DNA of 30,206 nt, taken from contig JBKJLC010000011.1 in NCBI GenBank assembly GCA_046597055.1, positions 1 through 30,206 on the forward strand, in the 5' to 3' direction. Origin of the DNA: Kofleriaceae bacterium. GTDB lineage: Bacteria; Myxococcota_A; Polyangia; Haliangiales; Haliangiaceae. The translations under genes and the position numbers were made by a program. Within the stretch, counting starts at the first letter, position 1. Every line of letters starts with the position of its first letter. A model generated the notes under the pieces. It was not told the DNA's origin, did no database searches, and saw only the letters and a list, made by a program, of their open reading frames with translations. Shown here in pieces: positions 26,790 to 30,206 of this stretch.

Positions 26790-26999
26790 TCACCTGCGCG
26801 ATGGCGACGAGTCTCGGGCCTTCATGTCCATCACCATCACCGCATTCGGCCACACCTTCACGAACGGCTCGGCATCGTCGGGGAGCTCAAATACGGCCGT
26901 CGTGGCCGGCTTTACCGCGACCAGTACGGGCGTTGGGCAAACCGAGGCCGCGTGGATATGCAGTTCCCGACCGGTGTCGTTGAAGAACGTGAGCCTCAT
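26790..26999 (-). CDS. Small hypothetical protein (69 aa)
   Basis: MRLTFFNDTGRELHIHAAS...FELPDDAEPFVKVW; globular-looking, hidden at the 3' end of the 26790..27680 ORF. Confidence 0.55.
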   Translation of the reverse strand: MRLTFFNDTGRELHIHAASVCPTPVLVAVKPATTAVFELPDDAEPFVKVWPNAVMVMDMKARDSSPSRR

Positions 27000-27062
27000 C
27001 CGACGTGCATACAGCGGCGACGACAGCAGGTCGACGTCACGGCTTCGCCACTTGTGCCTGCG

Positions 27063-27226
27063 TGTTACGAGGCGCCCCGGATGATGCGCATCAAGGCGGC
27101 CTGATCGATGGTCGTCATCGCGGTGGCGCGGGCTGGTCACCGCGGCGATGGTCAATGGGCGGCGTGGGCGGCGTGATTCGGAACGCCGATGGCCATCGAA
27201 CCCGAGCCGGTGGTCAGGCGCGATGG
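27063..27226. mobile_element. Probable transposon end (TGT terminus with repeated internal motifs)
   Basis: TGTTACGAGG at 27063, downstream of the transposon-type ATPase; CGATGG/TGGTCA motifs at 27106, 27131, 27146, 27187, 27208 and 27221. Confidence 0.4.
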
Positions 27227-27249
27227 CGAGGGCGTCGGGATTGGGGCCG

Positions 27250-27680
27250 TCAGCGATCGCGCTCGCGGGTGTCGGCCTCGATGACGCGAGCGGCGACGTC
27301 GCGCTCGACGAGCTTGCGCTTCTTCCTGGCGGTCTCGCGAAGGGCGGCCGGGGCGAGGCGGTCGAGATCACGCATGGCGCCGGAGGTGGCTTCGTGCAGG
27401 AGGGCGGCGGCGGTGGCGAACAACTCGCGGTCACAGCCGACGTGGCGGAGGCGGAGGTACTCGGCAGTGTCGTCGGGAGTGAGGGCTCGATCTCGAGGCG
27501 GTGATGGAGGCGCGAATAGAGCGAGCGATTGCGGCGGAGGGCGAGGCGATCGCGAAGCTCGGGGAGGCCGACGAGCACGATGGAGAGCAGCGCGCGACAG
27601 TCCCAATTGTAGTTGAGCAGGATGTGGAGGTGGTCGAGGGTGTCCTGGTGCAGGAGGTGGGCCTCGTCGAGGAGGAACAC
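27250..27680 (-). pseudogene. ExeA/TniB-like transposon-associated AAA ATPase remnant (5'-truncated, frameshifted)
   Basis: Walker B FLLDEAHLL...VLVGLPEL...LYSRLHHRLEIE in one frame continues as LTPDDTAEYL...LHEATSGAMRDLDRLA in another (shift near 27484); Walker A missing. Confidence 0.8.
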
Positions 27681-27963
27681 ACCAGGGGATCGCGAACGCG
27701 GTGGCGCTCGACGGATGCATGACGGGTCGACCGGTGTGAAAGAGCCACCCGCTCAGCACGGTCACAAGGCCGGTGATAGCGATCGCGGTGAACATCTCGG
27801 CGGCGGCAGCGGCCGATCAGGCGATGCCGTCGATTGCCGGTGTTGGCTGATGGCGAACGTCGGCGACGGGCCATACGGTCGGCGCGGACATCGCGAGGTC
27901 GTGTCGCGCACGTTCCGGCTCGCGCATCGAGCTGATCACCCGATCCTCACTGGCAGGCATCCC

Positions 27964-28764
27964 ATGGCCGAAGCTTCCCGCCGCGTCCCCCCGCCGCTCA
28001 CCTTGATCGCCGCCATGGGTGGGCCCGACGTCGTGCTCGCGCATGGCGACGTCTCCATCGGTCACGCCGCGGACAACACGGTCGTGGTCGCGGATCCGCA
28101 GGTGCCGGCCTGCGCGGTGCGCATCGTGCCGCGGCATGACGGGTGGCACCTGATCCCCATCGACGCGCCGATCAACGTGAACGGGATGACCCTGACCGAG
28201 GCGACCCGGCTCGTGCGCGGTGATCGGCTCAAGATCGGTCGCTATCAGCTCACGGTGACCGCTCCGCGGACCGCGCGGGGGACGCCGCCGCCGCGGTCGC
28301 CCACGGCGCCATCCACGTCGGTCGCCCTTCCGTTGCGAGCGGCGCCCGGCCACGATCTCGAGCTCGCGGTCCCGCGCCGCGGCCGCCAGTCGTCGACGGG
28401 CCTGGCCCGGCCCACACCGGAAGCCCGCGCGCAGGCTCACGACGACGCGCGGGCACGGATGGCGTGGGGGCACCCGGAAGAACAGGTCGAGCAGACGCTG
28501 GTTGCTGGCGGCTACACGGTGAGCGAAGCGCGCGCGGCCGTGGCCACGATGGTGCGCGAAGAGCGCGCGTTCACCCGCGGCAAGGGCGTGCGGCAGGTGG
28601 TGGGCGCGGTCCTCGCGTTCGGCGCCGGAGTCGCGTGGATGTGTCTGGTCTTTACGGTCCGCATGAGAATGGCCGGGCTCGTCGTGGTCGGGCTCGCCAC
28701 GATCGCCTTCTTGCACGGCCTCGTGCGCATCGTGTTTGGTAAGCCCGAGGGCCACCGGATCTGA
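27964..28764 (+). CDS. Degenerate FHA-domain membrane protein
   Basis: VSIGHAADNTVVVADPQV...VNG...LVRGDRLKIG FHA pattern; Pro-rich linker; two C-terminal hydrophobic helices. Confidence 0.7.
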   Translation: MAEASRRVPPPLTLIAAMGGPDVVLAHGDVSIGHAADNTVVVADPQVPACAVRIVPRHDGWHLIPIDAPINVNGMTLTEATRLVRGDRLKIGRYQLTVTAPRTARGTPPPRSPTAPSTSVALPLRAAPGHDLELAVPRRGRQSSTGLARPTPEARAQAHDDARARMAWGHPEEQVEQTLVAGGYTVSEARAAVATMVREERAFTRGKGVRQVVGAVLAFGAGVAWMCLVFTVRMRMAGLVVVGLATIAFLHGLVRIVFGKPEGHRI

Positions 28765-28778
28765 TCACGGCTTCCGAT

Positions 28779-29018
28779 CGAGTAAACGCCGACCCCGCCG
28801 CCACGCCGGCGGCGAAGCAGGCCGCGCGGACCACGTGGGTCAACGCGTACAACGCGCTGCAACCGGCGTACGCGGCCTACCGTGCGCTGCCCGAGGAGGC
28901 CGACGCGTTCCGTGCTGGCGACGCCGCGGGGGCCGCGTATGCTCGGCCGCGCCCGGCGGCACCCGCCGCGCCCGCAGCACCCGCCGGGCCGGCACCCGCG
29001 GCGCCAGATCGCCACTGA
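28779..29018 (+). pseudogene. Headless coding fragment resembling a toxin/metallopeptidase C-terminus
   Basis: Frame absent from the ORF track reads RVNADPAATPAAKQAARTTWVNAYNALQPAYAAYRALPEEADAFRAGDAAGAAYARP...DRH*; its TGA overlaps the next ATG (TGATG). Confidence 0.45.
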
Positions 29019-29446
29019 TGCGCTCACCCGCACGTCTCGCCCGGGTGGCGATCATCGCCCACGGCCTGGTCGCACCCGTGGCCGGCTGCCATCGTGGAGG
29101 CGCGAGCGAGCCGACGCCCGCAAAGTGGACCGCAACCATGACCATCGAAGACCACGTGCAGCGAATCTGCGACGCGATCACCGCGGACACGGCCACCCCG
29201 GAGTCGCTCGCGGGGGCGCTCGACGCGACCGCCGTCGTCGCGGAGCCGCCCCAGCCCATCGCGCTGGTCTCGAAGGACGGACTGCCAGGCGTCGCCGAGG
29301 CCCGGCTGATCCTCCTCCCCGGCGGCGAGCCGTCGCACGTCGAGCTTGAGCTCGACGGGTCAGCCGCCCTGACCCTAGGCGCGGCGACTGCCGCGGCGTA
29401 CCCAGGAGATCCGGCCAAGGCGAGGTGGTTCGACGAGCATACTTGA
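29018..29446 (+). CDS. Hypothetical lipoprotein (possible immunity protein)
   Basis: MRSPARLARVAIIAHGLVAPVAGC lipobox-like signal; coupled to the upstream fragment. Confidence 0.55.
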   Translation: MRSPARLARVAIIAHGLVAPVAGCHRGGASEPTPAKWTATMTIEDHVQRICDAITADTATPESLAGALDATAVVAEPPQPIALVSKDGLPGVAEARLILLPGGEPSHVELELDGSAALTLGAATAAAYPGDPAKARWFDEHT

Positions 29447-29470
29447 CAAAATGTCTAGTACGAGTAGCTT
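29440..29470 (+). promoter_or_regulatory. Sigma70-type promoter with overlapping operator for the TA operon
   Basis: TTGACA (29443-29448), 16 nt, TAGCTT (29465-29470); imperfect palindrome TACTTGACA-AAA-TGTCTAGTA (29440-29460). Confidence 0.7.
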
Positions 29471-29476
29471 TGCTAA

Positions 29477-29734
29477 GTGAGTGATGCGCTGGCCGAGATC
29501 AAACGGTTGGTCGAGCTTGAGCGCGTGCTCTACACCCAGCATGCCCGCGAGCGCATGGTCGAGCGTGGTGCCACCGCGAGGGACGTTCGATGTGCGCTGC
29601 GCAGCGCAAAGCTCGCCAAGTGGCAAGCTGATCGCGAGAACTGGCGCGTCGGTGGCGGCGTGGACCTTGACGGTGACGAGTTGACCGTCGTCGTCGATCT
29701 GCTCGCAGATGTGATCGTGGTGACCCTGTTCTGA
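29477..29734 (+). CDS. DUF4258 family putative type II toxin
   Basis: YTQHARERMVERG...DV..AL and C-terminal VIVVTLF; 85 aa; upstream of an MqsA-like gene. Confidence 0.8.
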   Translation: MSDALAEIKRLVELERVLYTQHARERMVERGATARDVRCALRSAKLAKWQADRENWRVGGGVDLDGDELTVVVDLLADVIVVTLF

Positions 29735-29763
29735 GTTTCAGGAGCGAACCCAGGAGGCTGAAG

Positions 29764-30174
29764 ATGCGATGCCCAAGCTGTAAGAATGAGGACACCTTCC
29801 GGTCGTGGAAGGGTACGTCCGTCATGATGGGTGTCGACGTGGCCGTGCGCGGCCAGCGCTGCAAGGCGTGCGGCGAGACGCTGTACGACGATGCCGAGGT
29901 CGAGCGCCAAGAGCTCGAGGTTGCGGATGCGCTCGTCGCGCGAGGCATCGTAAGCGGGGCCGAGTTCAAGCTTGTGCGGAAGGCCGCCGGCTTTCGCGCG
30001 ACCGAGGTGGCCGAGATGTTTGCTGTGCGGCCCGAGACGGTGTCACGGTGGGAGCGCAACGAAGTTGCGGTGCCGCGAACGGCGGCGTACGCCTTGGGCC
30101 AGCTCTACGAGCATCCCAAGGTCACCCGCCAGAAGCTCGAGGCGTTTGAGCGGTCCGCCGAGCTATCGGGCTGA
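29764..30174 (+). CDS. MqsA-like antitoxin (zinc finger + XRE HTH)
   Basis: CPSC and CKACGE; HTH FKLVRKAAGFRATEVAEMFAVRPETVSRWE; AGGAGG RBS. Confidence 0.85.
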   Translation: MRCPSCKNEDTFRSWKGTSVMMGVDVAVRGQRCKACGETLYDDAEVERQELEVADALVARGIVSGAEFKLVRKAAGFRATEVAEMFAVRPETVSRWERNEVAVPRTAAYALGQLYEHPKVTRQKLEAFERSAELSG

Positions 30175-30206
30175 GCACAACCGCGAGTTCGTACTTTGGG
30201 CGAAGG

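Overview
GC-rich bacterial DNA, probably Myxococcota (inferred from a MYXO-CTERM sorting signal). The first 14.6 kb is a tightly coupled type 2 BREX (Pgl) anti-phage operon: pglX (5' end outside the window), an inserted DUF1016/YhcG PD-(D/E)XK nuclease, pglY, pglZ, brxD and brxHI. It has three unusual features. BrxHI carries an extra C-terminal RNase D-like DEDDy 3'-5' exonuclease domain. The DUF1016 gene is translationally coupled into the operon and contains two tandem in-frame DNA palindromes. pglX has a lower-GC block over its specificity region. Downstream lie a GNAT, an orphan HExxH toxin-tip/immunity-like pair, a large M36 metallopeptidase, ppnP, a Cys-rich lipoprotein and a TetR-SDR pair with two perfect 16-bp operators. 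The window ends in a decayed accessory region (24.5-30.2 kb): truncated genes, a transposon-ATPase remnant with a probable element end, a second headless toxin-like fragment coupled to a lipoprotein, and a DUF4258/MqsA-like toxin-antitoxin pair. No rRNA, tRNA or CRISPR array was seen. All family calls come from motif recognition, not database searches.
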